A DNA stretch of 63,484 bases, counting the filler, from Squatina squatina (lineage: Eukaryota), in the NCBI GenBank assembly GCA_031763465.1. It is 4 parts of 4 records of this genome, joined end to end, with 100 filler letters (N's around TTAATTAATTAA, not from the genome) between each part and the next. Parts side by side here need not be neighbours in the genome. Positions count along the whole stretch, not along the records: positions 32,607 to 51,154 come from JARFOE010000001.1; positions 51,255 to 63,484 come from JARFOE010000192.1; 2 more parts are not named here. One strand, written 5' to 3'. Positions within the stretch are counted from its first letter, which is position 1; each line of letters begins with the position of its first letter. The notes below the pieces were generated by a model. The model was not told where the DNA came from, ran no database searches, and was given only the letters and a program-made list of their open reading frames with translations. This document shows, one piece after another, positions 47,833-59,810 of the stretch. A program made the translations under genes and the position numbers.

Positions 47833-50800
47833 TGTAATTGTGGACTGTTTCGACTTGAACATCGTACAATGTGAATATCATCCATGATATTTTACGTCAG
47901 CATTCCTCATTCTAAATCAAGAAAGGAACAATTTTTATTATTGTTAACCTCAAAGCGACAATGAAAACAAAGCACAGTTTTCTTTATGGTACTGGTAGAG
48001 TGAGGTCTGAAAATGTTGGAAGGTGCATGAACCTGGTGGGAGTATTTCTACTGTATAGAAACAGTAGATCAAGAAGGGAACGATTTCTGCAATTCTACTC
48101 AATCTATCAAGCGTACATACATGAAAATGCTTCCCCTTGGACTGCACAGACTAAATTAACAGCTTAAATTATTTAGATAGATTATATATTACATTCTTCT
48201 ATTTGAATATCCAAGTTATTCGACTCAATGACCCCATCCCACGGGACTATTGCCCTGACAGTAGAAAAACTGAACAGCTGTACTGTTTTAATAATACAAT
48301 CTGAAACAAACACTGAAAAGCAAAAGCTGCATTACATTAAAACTGACAACTTTATGGCCTAATTTGTATAATTCATTTACAACCTTCATCATATTGATTC
48401 NNNNNNNNNNNNNNNNNNNNNNNNNNNNNNNNNNNNNNNNNNNNNNNNNNNNNNNNNNNNNNNNNNNNNNNNNNNNNNNNNNNNNNNNNNNNNNNNNNNN
48501 ATAATATGGCATTTCAAACGGAAACCATGTGCCTTAATTATACAAGTCCAGGCATAAGGAAGAGGTGGTGGCAACTCAACTTTTAGAGGTGCAAAGTGAG
48601 CATCTTGACGACTCATTACCGGGAATTATCTATGACTGCTGGGTCTCCTGTGGCTTTTCTGCTGCTAATGGTGAGTTGCTGAATATTCTATTTTAGAATA
48701 AAAGAAGCATTATACCACGTAATGCAAAATCTATTGTCCTGCTGGTCAAGTGGAGCCTGTATGTAATTTGGCCCCAAGGCCATAAAAGTCTGATTGCTGT
48801 AAATTGCTGCTGAAGTTAATTAAATTGATTATGAAATTAATACTTCAAATTACCATGCTATATCTTGTGCTAGTAGTGGCCTCAGTCTAGCACTTATATA
48901 GTCATTGTGTCTGCAGAAATTACCTATTGTACAAAGATTAATTTTAAAATATTGACCGTTGGTCATTGGAGAGCTTCTCTTTCAGTGCAGTGGATTGAAA
49001 CGCTTGGAATGCAGGCAGGCGTGTGATACTTAAGAAGGCTGACTGCCAGTTGTTCTGACATCAGTCGGGAACCTTTCAAGTTCTTATGTTAAATTCCATG
49101 CCACATTACTCAGTTGGGAAGTTTGGAGGCAAAAATAAATCAGAATTTAAAATAAGTAAATACACGACTTGCATCTACTTTATAACCATTGTGGTTTACA
49201 TAAAATCATAGTGATACATCTATAAAGGACATGAAATTGTGTTCAAAATTTGGTAGCTAGAGGAAGCCTAACCTGGAGGACCGGCAGTTAGAGAAAAAAA
49301 ATCCTTCTATACCTTTTCAGATTTCTCCACTGAAGGCGCTGACTCAGTGCTAGAATCAGTGTTCTCCATTATCTCTCAAGTAGCTAGTGAGTGTTGGAAA
49401 GATACTCAACTGTCGAAGGTGAGCCTGATCTGGTTCTCACCAGCATCCAGGCATGGAAATTCCTACAGGGGCTCACTGGATAGAGATTTGGGCAGGGGTT
49501 TTGGTTGATTTTTTTTTTTCCATTCCAGAAATGTTTCCAACTATACTGAGAGAATGACTGATGTAACCTTGGTCTGGTTTCAGACTTTCTGTAAACCATA
49601 TCTTATTTACTATTCCAAGGATACATATTTTGCGGTAACTAGTTTATTTTTTAACCCGATTATTTTTATTTACTATTTCCTTGCCACTTGCTGGATTCTC
49701 CAACAGACAAAATGAGGAAGAAAGCTGTGCCATTCTCACATACCTCTGCATTCCGTTTTAGCATAATACACCATAAGCAACATTAAACATTATTCTGAAG
49801 GCTTTCACTTGGCAGTCACATTAAAGTAGCACGAACATTATGACTCAAGTACACCAGGAAAACTTTAATAACAAAAACATTTATTATCCAGAAAATACAT
49901 TGGAGTCAATGAAATACAAGGATTAAAATACATTAGTTTTATTTAAAATGCTGTAGTATAGGCAGCTGCAATAAATATGTTTTCAATAGTGTGGCTGATT
50001 GCCTGTGTATTGCCAATAGTGTAACTGAACTTGCAAAATATTACATTTCTGAAATACAAGTGTTCGACGTTCAACAGTTTGCAAGACATAACATTTGGCA
50101 CAGACCCCAGTTGTGTGTCCTTTTCTCAGTGCAACTTACCATAATTCAGCAAATCTTTTTTTTTGGTGGGGGGAAAGATTGGAGGAAGAACAGGCATCAT
50201 GGTTACATATCTGCTATCTTTAATAATGTCTATTGAATTTACCACTACAGCAGGCAGTATTGGAGCATTTTGTAAGCCATTCTTCACAAGGACTGTGTTG
50301 GGTTCCATATTGGAGGTCTATTTTTATATGCATTATATACACACACATACAGGATAAAGCTTTGTGCAAATTGCAAAGCTTTTAATTAGGATGGACACAA
50401 AGTATTTCTTTTGGCCCCATTAGGGGATTGGCTCTATTAGTGGACCCTCCTGCAGTAAATGTCTTTCAGACAAAGATGCCCTGAGAATGGAAACAGTCAT
50501 ATGTTAGTCTAAGTTTGATCTAATCCCAGCCATGTTCGATAAGCAGATCCCCACACAGTCATGGCTAGCATTTGAAAGGCTGAAGAATAAAAACAAACTC
50601 ACATGACTACAATATCCTTCAAATCTTCCGGTGCTATAAAGAATGATACTTGCATTTTACAAAATGTTCCATCCAAATATTCTAATATATGGAACATTAA
50701 TATGCTCTAACAGTCCAATCGCTACTATATCTTCTATAGAAAGATTCATTCTAGGGCCTCTAATGGCTTAATTCTACATGCACCACTAAGTGTGGCCTCA

Positions 50801-51198
50801 AACCATGTAGACCAGAAAAGACCCTGATTCATTCGCTGATCAGTCCTGAGTTAGTTGATCTGTATCAGGATGCTGGCCTGTGGGCCTGAACATCCCATTC
50901 GAAACAAGAGAATAAAAAAAATCTTTCTCAAAGAGACTTGGATTTACTAAAAGTACGCACTTGAAATATTAGAGGGAATGTCAGGGTGTGAATAGAAAGC
51001 TTTTGTAACTGTAATTAGGACTTCTTAGCGATATTGTTTGTCATGAATAATTTGTTAGTTTTTCATACATAATCCGTGAGTTTACACATGACTAATTCGA
51101 GCCAAGCTCTCTTACTCCCCTACCCACCCTGAAGGTGTTGTCCCCTTCCTGGGCNNNNNNNNNNNNNNNNNNNNNNNNNNNNNNNNNNNNNNNNNNNN

Positions 51199-51210
51199 TT
51201 AATTAATTAA
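51199..51210. other. Artificial scaffold linker TTAATTAATTAA
   Basis: Flanked by 44 N on each side. Confidence 0.95.
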
Positions 51211-51254
51211 NNNNNNNNNNNNNNNNNNNNNNNNNNNNNNNNNNNNNNNNNNNN

Positions 51255-51545
51255 CCTTAAAAAGGAGGAGAGCGAGGCAGAGTGGCGTAGGGAGGAAATT
51301 CCACAGCTTAGGGCTGAGGGTGCTGAAGGCAGAGCCACCAATGGTGGAGCGATGAAAATCGGGGATGCTCAAGAGTCTAGAATTGAAGGAGCGCAGAGAT
51401 CTCGGAGGGTTGTCGGACTGCAAGAGGTTGCAGAGGTAGAGAGAAGCGAGCCCATGGAAGGATTTGAACACAAGGATGAGAATTTTTAAACCAAGGTATT
51501 GCTGAACCGGGAGCCAATGTAGGTCACTGAACACAGGGAAAGTAA
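51255..51545 (-). mobile_element. L2 LINE ORF2 C-terminus
   Basis: PVFSDLHWLPVQQYLGLKILILVFKSFHGLASLYLCNLLQ...PRSLRS...TIGGSAFS...PKLWNFLP. Confidence 0.88.
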
Positions 51546-52639
51546 AAGAACTTGGGTGATCAAAGTATAGCTGTGAGTTGCGGATTTTCAGCACTTAAAG
51601 CTACACAGCCAATTATTCTGTGATATGTCATTCCTTGTCCCATTGCCAACTCCACCCTGTTAATTATTGGCACCAATGCCAGCAGTTATATATTTTAAAA
51701 AAAACACAACAGTATGTGCCAAAAACATTTAACTAACAATTAAATTACCTCATGCTCAAATGAATCGGTATTTGAGAAGCACAAAGAACCAAAGAAAGCG
51801 ATTGCAGAGACTCAAGTCTCAATCCATTTTAGTTTGTGTTTATTTGCAACTGGAGATCAGCTGACGTGAGCAAGGCTGGAGCAGGAAGAACAAGCTCAGC
51901 AGGAAAGGATGTTTCTTGTCCCAATGCCAGAACTACAAGAAACAACCATTTTTGTGTTTTTTTTTGTTGCTGGTGGGAGATAGCCCCTTGGAGTGTGGCA
52001 ACCCAGATTCAATTTTAATAGCATTTACCCTAGCTTTGCATTTGCAACAGATCAGAATGTCCCACGTCTCCTTGAGGCCCTGGACACCGGCTTCAGCTAA
52101 AGTGCAGTGTAATCCAATCGGAAGTGGAGCAATCTTGGAACGTGAGCCCAGGCACATGTTTTGTAAGTTGATAACTACTCAGCAACCCAATTATAATGGA
52201 AATATTTGTTTTAAAAGGGAAAATGTCCTCAGGCAGATTCAGTCAATAAAGGCTGCTTAACAGGAACAAAATGGATTAAGGGGCGATTTTAAACTCTCGG
52301 GGAGGTGGGTGGCCCCTGTTAAGAGGTTTCTAACATTTGATGTCAGAATAAAGAACAACCCAACTCAGTACAAGGCAGAGATTCTGTCCAGTCACAACTG
52401 ATCACTGAAGGACTGCACAGAACAATGACCTCAGTCTGTCCCGTCTGCAATGTAAATGGTTCTACTTACAAGATGCCAACTTAGGACAAATCCGCCGTTG
52501 AGATTTTGTTTTTCCAGATAGGTTTCATGAAATAGTAGCCTTCTTTATATCAATTTCATAAAACAACAGCAGGTTTCTTTTGTTTATGAGGAGCTTTTTT
52601 AAAAAAAAGTTAGGAAACTCTAGTCAACAATAGTCAAAG

Positions 52640-52885
52640 AATTACATCAAATTTACAGCACAGAAACAGGCCCTTTGGCCCAACTGGCCTGTGCTGCTGT
52701 TTATGCTCCACACGAGCCTCCGAGCACCCCCACCCCACTTCATCTCATCCTAACAGCATATTCCTCGCTCCCTCATGAACGCATCTAGCTTCCCCTTTAA
52801 GGCATCTATGTTAATCGCCTCAATTACTCCCTATGGTTTAGTTCCACATTTTAACCAAACTTTGGTTAAAAGGGTTTCTCCTGAC
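52640..52885 (-). mobile_element. CR1-type 3' end (antisense)
   Basis: TACAGCACAGAAACAGGCCCTTTGGCCCAAC...TCTAGCTTCCCCTTTAA...GTTCCACATTTTAACCA. Confidence 0.6.
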
Positions 52886-53087
52886 AGTGCAGTGCAATTA
52901 AACGCTAAAACCTTTTTGTTTCTGTTTAATGTCGCAAACACCTTCCGCCCCGCCCACAAATAGACATCATTCAATATAAACAAAAAAGTGTTTGGATATG
53001 CGCAGCACTCAGTGTCTGAGAAAGGTAAGATAATGGTTTGGTAAATCATCTCATCAGGGTTTTCCAGAGTGGTCCCACTCAAAACAT

Positions 53088-53870
53088 TAAAGGGGGTGAA
53101 ATTCCCACGGGATGCCGAATCTCAGCTGCCATCATTTTTAGCTGCGGCTCCTGAAACTGCAGGCCTGCTGCGGTATGTCCACCTTNNNNNNNNNNNNNNN
53201 NNNNNNNNNNNNNNNNNNNNNNNNNNNNNNNNNNNNNNNNNNNNNNNNNNNNNNNNNNNNNNNNNNNNNNNNNNNNNNNNNNNNNGTAACTGAAGTCTCG
53301 CAACCCTGGCACCATTTGAGTAAACGAGATAAAGGGGGTGAAATTCCCCAATTTTCCCACCCCGTTAATGCCTCCGCAGGGCGCTAACGGGGCAAAAATG
53401 AAGACAGTGGCATTGGGTAGGCGGCTATCTCATCTCCCGGGGGTCCCTGAGCCTTGCCTGGGGAATTTTGCAGAGCATTGGCGTGCTGCACCATCAAAGG
53501 AGCGCCAATCCCTTACCGCCCCGCTGCAACCCTTTACTGATCCCTGATGCGCCCCGCAGGTGAAATTCCCCTGCGGGACGCAGCCGCCGCATCGGTCAGT
53601 TGCAGCAATAGCTTTTCCTGTCGCTTCAAGGGCCCCCTTTAAAAGGGGAGGGCCGGAGCGCCGGCGACTGCCATTTTTAATTGCCGGCCGATGGCGTGCC
53701 GCATCCCAACCAGGCCACCATCCACTTGCCCAGCAGGTCGACGAGCATGCCGGGCTGGTGGCCCGGTCACCAAGGTCCCTGGTGGCCCAGTGGCGGGCTG
53801 CCGTTCAGATTCCTGGCGGACCTCCCCTTTAAGGGAGGTGGGCGGGGCCTCGGTTGACGTCAGCGCACTG
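53088..53870. mobile_element. CpG-rich non-autonomous DNA transposon pieces (Harbinger-like termini)
   Basis: The same terminus TAAAGGGGGTGAAATTCCC occurs at about 53088 and about 53331, on either side of a gap, followed by GC-rich subterminal sequence. Confidence 0.55.
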
Positions 53871-54003
53871 AGGGTAATCAAACATAATTTGACACCGAGC
53901 CACATATTAGAACAGGTAACGAAAAGCTTGGTCAAAGAGGTAGGTGTTAATAATGGAGAAGAGAAAGGTGAGAGATTTAGGAAGGGAATACTGGAACTTA
54001 GGG
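53870..54003 (-). mobile_element. L2 3' tail in TGFBR2 intron
   Basis: AATTTGACACCGAGCCACATA...GCTTGGTCAAAGAGGTAGGT is the antisense of the L2 tail (KTYLFDQAF motif). Confidence 0.65.
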
Positions 54004-54053
54004 CAATCACCATTATTAGTTCTCAATCCAAGGAGTTGAAGATTGGCACTCAC

Positions 54054-54856
54054 CTGCCCGCTGTTTGCTAAATCGTCCACAGAGAGAGATGATTCCAGCT
54101 TTAAGGATAATCCAAAGTCACACAGGCAACACGTCAGGTCATTTTTCACCAGAATGTTGGAGCTTTTGAGGTCCCTGTGGGCCATGGGAATCTTCGGCCT
54201 GCCGCATGGCGTGTAATCACTGTGCAAGTGTGCAATCCCTCTGGCCAGCGATCCTCCCAGCAGGCACAGGTCCTCCCAGTTCACAACGTGTCTCAGAAGG
54301 TAATCTTGCNNNNNNNNNNNNNNNNNNNNNNNNNNNNTCAGCCAGTACTGCTTGCCCATTTCCGTCTCGCGCTCCTCCGCCGTCAGGAACTGCAGGATGT
54401 TCTCGTGCTTCAGGTTGATGTCCGAGAATATCTCCTTCTCATTCTTCCATGACATGTACTCATCGAAGTGGAAGATCTTCGCTGCCACGGTCTCAAACTG
54501 CTCGGAGGTGCTCTGCCTCAGCTTGGCCTTGTACACCTCGGCGAAGCGCCCCTTGCCCACCACCGCGTCAAGTTCCAGGGGCAGCAGCTCGGTGTTGTGG
54601 TTGATGTTGTTGGCGCAGGTGGAGCTGATGTCGGACTGATCATCATCGAGGCGAATGGCACAGCCTTCACTGCGGTCAATTGGAGGCCGGTGCCGATGGC
54701 CCGGTTTCCTGGCCTTCTGATCCTTCACCCACTCTTTGTTCAGCTTCTTCCGTCTCTGAACCCGGTACCAATAGAAGGCTAGGATCACCACGGTAGCGAT
54801 GATGAGCAGCGGGACGAGAGTGATGAGGACAACCTCCATGATCTCCCGTCCAGGAT
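54054..54856 (-). CDS. TGFBR2: TGF-beta receptor type II, large exon (TM helix, juxtamembrane region, kinase subdomains I-VII)
   Basis: Acceptor CCTCTCTCCTTTAG|AT and donor CAG|[31 protein letters not shown], then [75 protein letters not shown]...DDLANSGQ. The small internal N gap keeps frame and spans the expected 10 codons. Confidence 0.96.
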
Positions 54857-54937
54857 CTAAAGGAGAGAGGTAAAAATTAGAGCTAGAGCAAAGTACAATG
54901 TCAACACAGTCAACCAGTCAGACAGAGCTTACAAAGT

Positions 54938-55667
54938 AGAGGCGCCCAATTGGTCTGATCTCACAGCCGGATTGCACCAATTAGCGGTGCAATCCGGGTG
55001 TGAAATCAGTGTACAGGCCAAATAATTGAAATTGTGGAATTGGGCCTAGCGCGCTGGCGGGGTAAATGCCCCACCACCGGTGTCGCAGCGGCTAGCGCGC
55101 AACGTCATCACATCGTTCGTCGACCCCTCACCATCTGCCCGCGAACCCCTGTGCGCTGTGGGGGCGCTGCCTCCGGAATTGGAAGTGGCCTCGAGCCACT
55201 GGCACTGGCATTGACAGGTTTCCCCTGTCGGTGCCAGGGGCCCTTAAAGACACTTGATCTGCGCTGCTGGCCACCATTTTTTTTCTCTCATCGGCCAACG
55301 TTTTTGTCGGCCGATGATTGGCAGCCAATCAAGCCCGACAAACCATCCCGACCCTTGCCAGAACTCTCCTTGGCGTGCCGGCAGATGCAAAAAAAAAATT
55401 TAAACTTACCTGCTGGTCCCATGGGTCCTCGCTCTGCTTCTGCTGCGCAAGCCTACGGCCCTAGCCTTTAAGGCAGGGGGCAGGGCCATGCCTCGCACAT
55501 GTGCAGTTGCGCCAGCAGTGTAGCTCACGCCACGCTGCTGACGCAACCCGGATGTGACTCGGCATTGGCCGGGTCACTGCTGGGTCAGCACCGTGGCAAC
55601 GCTGATTTAGCGTGGCCATGCTACACTGGCCCGAAATGGCTTCAAAGAGGCCAATGCTGCAAAGATG
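54938..55667. mobile_element. CpG-rich Harbinger-like non-autonomous element
   Basis: Starts GGCGCCCAATTGG (compare TIR GGGTGCCCAATTGG), with an internal palindrome CCGGATTGCACC...GGTGCAATCCGG and CTAGCGCGC repeats. Confidence 0.55.
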
Positions 55668-57289
55668 NNNNNNNNNNNNNNNNNNNNNNNNNNNNNNNNN
55701 NNNNNNNNNNNNNNNNNNNNNNNNNNNNNNNNNNNNNNNNNNNNNNNNNNNNNNNNNNNNNNNNNNNGGAGGAATTTCCTGCTTATGTCTCTCAATTTAG
55801 AGCCTGTGGAGGGGTCAAGAGAGGTGGTGGTGGGGGAGAGCTGGGTGTTTGTGGAGATAACAGTGCCCGACATACACCCACTGTATACCAGGCTGTGTTG
55901 GCACTCCCATGAAACCCAACAAACAAGTCAATTCTGTTTTGCTTGCATTCTTAGTGCCGCTCAAAAGATTACTGCAGCTGTCTCCTGTTTGAACAAAGTC
56001 AGCAATCAGCAAACAAGCCGACACAAGTCCCAGAGGGGCGAAAACAACTCCAGTTAGCTTCAACACAGCAATGGAATGCTTTAAGCAGCTATATATATCC
56101 TTTCACTTTGGGATGGGCTCCCCTTAAAGCAACCAACATCCTTAGCTGGAAACAACGCCCTGACTTTGTGCTATATGACACTAACTGCAGATCCTAAGCT
56201 TTGCTCGTGCAAGTTCTTGGTGGGAAATTAGCAAAGTAAAAACTCACTAGAATGTAAAAACACAGTAACAAAAATCTAGTTCTTTGAAAGAAATTGCTAA
56301 TTTCAACCAGCGTTTTGGTCAGAGTCTGACTGCAAGTGAGGCTCACTGATATTCAGTTAAAAGGCAACAGTTTCTGCAACTCTTAAATACAAAATGACAG
56401 GTCTACTCAGTTTAATAATATCTCACGGTTGTTTCCAAAATATCTGCTCTTGGCATTGCTGCATTTCCAAGTTTCTCTGCACTATTGCCCCCTTCAGCAT
56501 GGAGGGGTTACTGAAAGCCTGAACGCCCGAGTCACTGCCCATTGGTAGAAATTCATTGACGGGGCATACATTTCCAAAGACTGGATATACATGTCTCAGT
56601 TTATTTTTTTTTCAGGGATGTGGGCGTCGCTGGCAAAGCCAGCTTTTNNNNNNNNNNNNNNNNNNNNNNNNNNNNNNNNNNNNNNNNNNNNNNNNNNNNN
56701 NNNNNNNNNNNNNNNNNNNNNNNNNNNNNNNNNNNNNNNNNNNNNNNAAGAGAGGTGGTGGGGGGGTTTATGGCAGGGGTAGATGATAGCTTCGGTCTAC
56801 CTGAAGTTTGCTTTTCCGTTATGTTGTCAGTACACTTGAAATGTAAGAACATTTCATAAAATGATAAGTTTTAAAAGGAGACAAGATTATCATTGAGAGG
56901 TTGACTATTGTCTCCAACTGCATCAAACCTCCCCCTTCCAAGAATCCTGCTGATGTTGATTTTATAGATTCTCTTAGTGAGTCTGCCACACCCCATTCAG
57001 ACCATCCCTGCTCAGCCCCTCTTGCAATGATATCATTCATGGGTTTCTATTGGCAACCAGAATCTCAGTTTTGTGACTTAATCTTTAAATTAATGAAAGC
57101 TGCCAAGTTAAATAAAACAAAGAGAGCAATAGTGCTCTTTGTATAAGCTTTGACAAAGCAGAAAAGCAGTGGGCCGAGGAAGCATTTTACAAATGCCACT
57201 TCGGTTACACATTTGTGAGACTAACAAAGTACCAACATAGTCCCACAGTTCACTTAACAAAACCTAACCACAATTCACTGTGTGGGTGG

Positions 57290-57575
57290 ACAAAACCTCA
57301 AACTAATACAATCTCTCAAACTAAAACAGTTCCTCAAACTAACACAGAACTTCAAACTAATACAGTCCTTCAAAATAATGAAGTCCCTCAGACGAATACA
57401 GCCCCTCAACGTAAAACAGTCCCTCAAAGTAAAACAGCGACCCAAAATTAACGAGGCCCTCACACAGCTAAATCTCCTCAAACTGATACATCTCAATATA
57501 ATACTGGCACTCAACTGAAAAAAGTGCATCAACCAACCACAGGCCCTCAAACTAATGCTGACCCACATGCTAATA
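57290..57575 (+). repeat. Degenerate 18-bp minisatellite (consensus about CCTCAAACTAATACAGTC)
   Basis: About 8 regular units followed by decayed units. One frame reads PQTNTI-SQTKTV-PQTNTE-LQTNTV-LQNNEV-PQTNTA-PQRKTV-PQSKTA. Confidence 0.88.
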
Positions 57576-58274
57576 NNNNNNNNNNNNNNNNNNNNNNNNN
57601 NNNNNNNNNNNNNNNNNNNNNNNNNNNNNNNNNNNNNNNNNNNNNNNNNNNNNNNNNNNNNNNNNNNNNNNNNNNGGAACCTGAGTCTTCCAGTGGAGAG
57701 CTGTTGAATTTCCAGGAATGATTGGTGAGGCCATTTAGCAACAAATGGGTAAATATTTAATAGTTCTTTAAAAAATAGTTTGGCTTAACCCAGCCAATCG
57801 GTACCTCAGGATTAGCTGCAGTGATAGTTGTATTTTGAATTGGAACTGGTTATTTTGTTTAAGTCAAGTACATTAAAAATAATCATTCCAATGGGATCCA
57901 ATGGCAGAAATGAACTCCAAGCTGTATATTAGGGCTTTGGGCCAAGACAAATAAACCTCTGCTATACACTAACCCTGTTGTTCCTGATGGCTAAACTCTT
58001 TCAGTCTGTACTGTAAATATATTTGCCTCTAGGATTGAACCAACAAAGGTGGCACAGAGTTTAAAGGGGTGTTATCAGCAACTTGGAAAGTTTTCAAGGA
58101 GGTCCAGTTCATTACAGTCAGGAAACAATCAGCTTCACAATTCGTTTGCTGTGTCATCAAGCGGTCACGGGAGAAGTTTTGTGCTCGCTAGAGCTGTGTA
58201 AACTTCTACAATGTATCTTTCAGGTTTTACTTTGGTTTTAACATTAGGTCTAAGTTTGCCCCTTTTATTTTCTG

Positions 58275-58627
58275 GAAATCTACAACCCTCTCCCTCAAAA
58301 AGCTATTGAGGTCAATGCTCAAAGCTTAGGGTCAGTAGAAAATGTCAAAACTGAGATTGATAGATTTTTGTTACAAGAGGTTATTGAGTGTTATGGAACC
58401 AAGGCGGGTAGATGGAGTTAAAATGCAGAGCAACCATGATCTCGTTAAAATGTCGGAACAGACTCGAGGGGCTGAATGGCCTCCTCCTATTCCTATNNNN
58501 NNNNNNAGGGGAGTAAGGGTTATGGAACAAAGGCGGGTAGATGGAATTCAGAGACAGATCAACCATAATCCAGTTGAATGATAGAACACACTCAAGGGGC
58601 TTAATGGCCTAATCCTGTTTCTATGTT
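58275..58627 (+). mobile_element. Two successive CR1 3' tails separated by a 10-N gap
   Basis: GTTATGGAAC(C/A)AAGGCGGGTAGATGGA...GGGGCT(G/T)AATGGCCT...CCT occurs twice (58390-58496 and 58519-58627). Confidence 0.8.
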
Positions 58628-59439
58628 CCAATTTTGTACTCTGGCCCTTCATTACCTCGATTGTGGCACACAGGGGAAGGTTTGTGGCCTATTCCCTTGT
58701 ACCCAGCTGCCACCAGGGTGGGACTCCCATTGCCAGTGGGTCCCTGCCTCCAGCTGGACGAGGCTGCAACCTCTGCCCTTCCGCTCTGCATGGCTCAGAC
58801 TGGGACCCAAGGATAATGTGACTCGAGCCAGCATACATTACAAAGCACCATTTATAGCATTGACGTTCCTGTTTCTTTACCCCTGTTGAGTGCTCCAGTT
58901 CTGGCAGTGCTAATCACGTAATTGCCTTCACCTGGGCTTATCAATACAAGACCCTGCATCAGGTGAAAATGATTCTTTCAGATGCTCTGGTCTTTGTAAA
59001 GGAGATAATCGCCCAGAATTTCCGCAGAGCTCCCATTTTACCACCAACATGCTTAAAGAAGGAAAATATAGNNNNNNNNNNNNNNNNNNNNNNNNNNNNN
59101 NNNNNNNNNNNNNNNNNNNNNNNNNNNNNNNNNNNNNNNNNNNNNNNNNNNNNNNNNNNNNNNNNNNNNNNCAGCAGAGACTAAGAGAGTTCCTGCAGAA
59201 TAGGAATTGTGCCAAACACATTGAGGAGAGCTGAAAGTTGGCCCATAAGACCATTGGGAGAGTAAAGTGCCTAGCAGAGCTACAATAATCACAATCAAAA
59301 TTAAATCAAAAATATTTTTGAATCTGAAAATAACTATTAATAGTGGCAACTGGCAGTAACAGAATATTTAGCCTCTAATTATGGAATAGCATTTTATCCC
59401 ACATGTGAATCAGACCTTCATTAACTAACTTCTAGGAAT

Positions 59440-59810
59440 GCCTTGAATTTAAAATTCTCATCCTTGTTTAAAATCCCTCCATGGCCTCACCCCTCCCTAT
59501 CTCTGTAACCTCCGTCAGCGCAACAACCCTTTGAGATCGCTGCGCTCCTCCAATTCAGCCCTCGTGTGCATCCCCGATTTCCTTCACCCCGCTATTGGTG
59601 AATGTACCTTCGGCTGTCTAGGCCCAAAACACTGCAGTTCTCTCTCCAAATCTCTCCACCTCAACCTGCCTCTCTTCTTTTAAACCTATCCTTAAAACCT
59701 ATCCCCTTGACCAAGACCTGTCCTAAAATGTCTTTATGTGGCTCGATGTCAAATCCTACGATGGGATGTTTTTACTATGTAAAAGACGTTAGCTACATGC
59801 AAGTTGTCGT
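59440..59810 (+). mobile_element. L2 LINE 3' fragment flanked by an ~80-bp direct repeat
   Basis: FKILILV...SLHGLTPPYLCNL...RSLRSSNS and tail GGGATGTTTTTACTATGTAAAAG...ATGCAAGTTGT. Flanks 59351-59431 and 59814-59892 are diverged copies of each other. Confidence 0.85.

Noticed and set aside
15712-51210. Regularly spaced TTAATTAATTAA as a biological repeat or CRISPR-like array
   Set aside because: Always centred in exactly 44+44 N, so it is an assembly linker.
53560-54071. GC-rich ORFs or CpG-island promoter near TGFBR2 (also 55034-55471)
   Set aside because: They lie in repeated DNA-transposon derivatives within introns; stop-poor GC sequence explains the ORFs.
54177-54782. Plus-strand ORFs overlapping TGFBR2
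   Set aside because: Antisense shadows of a GC3-rich coding exon.
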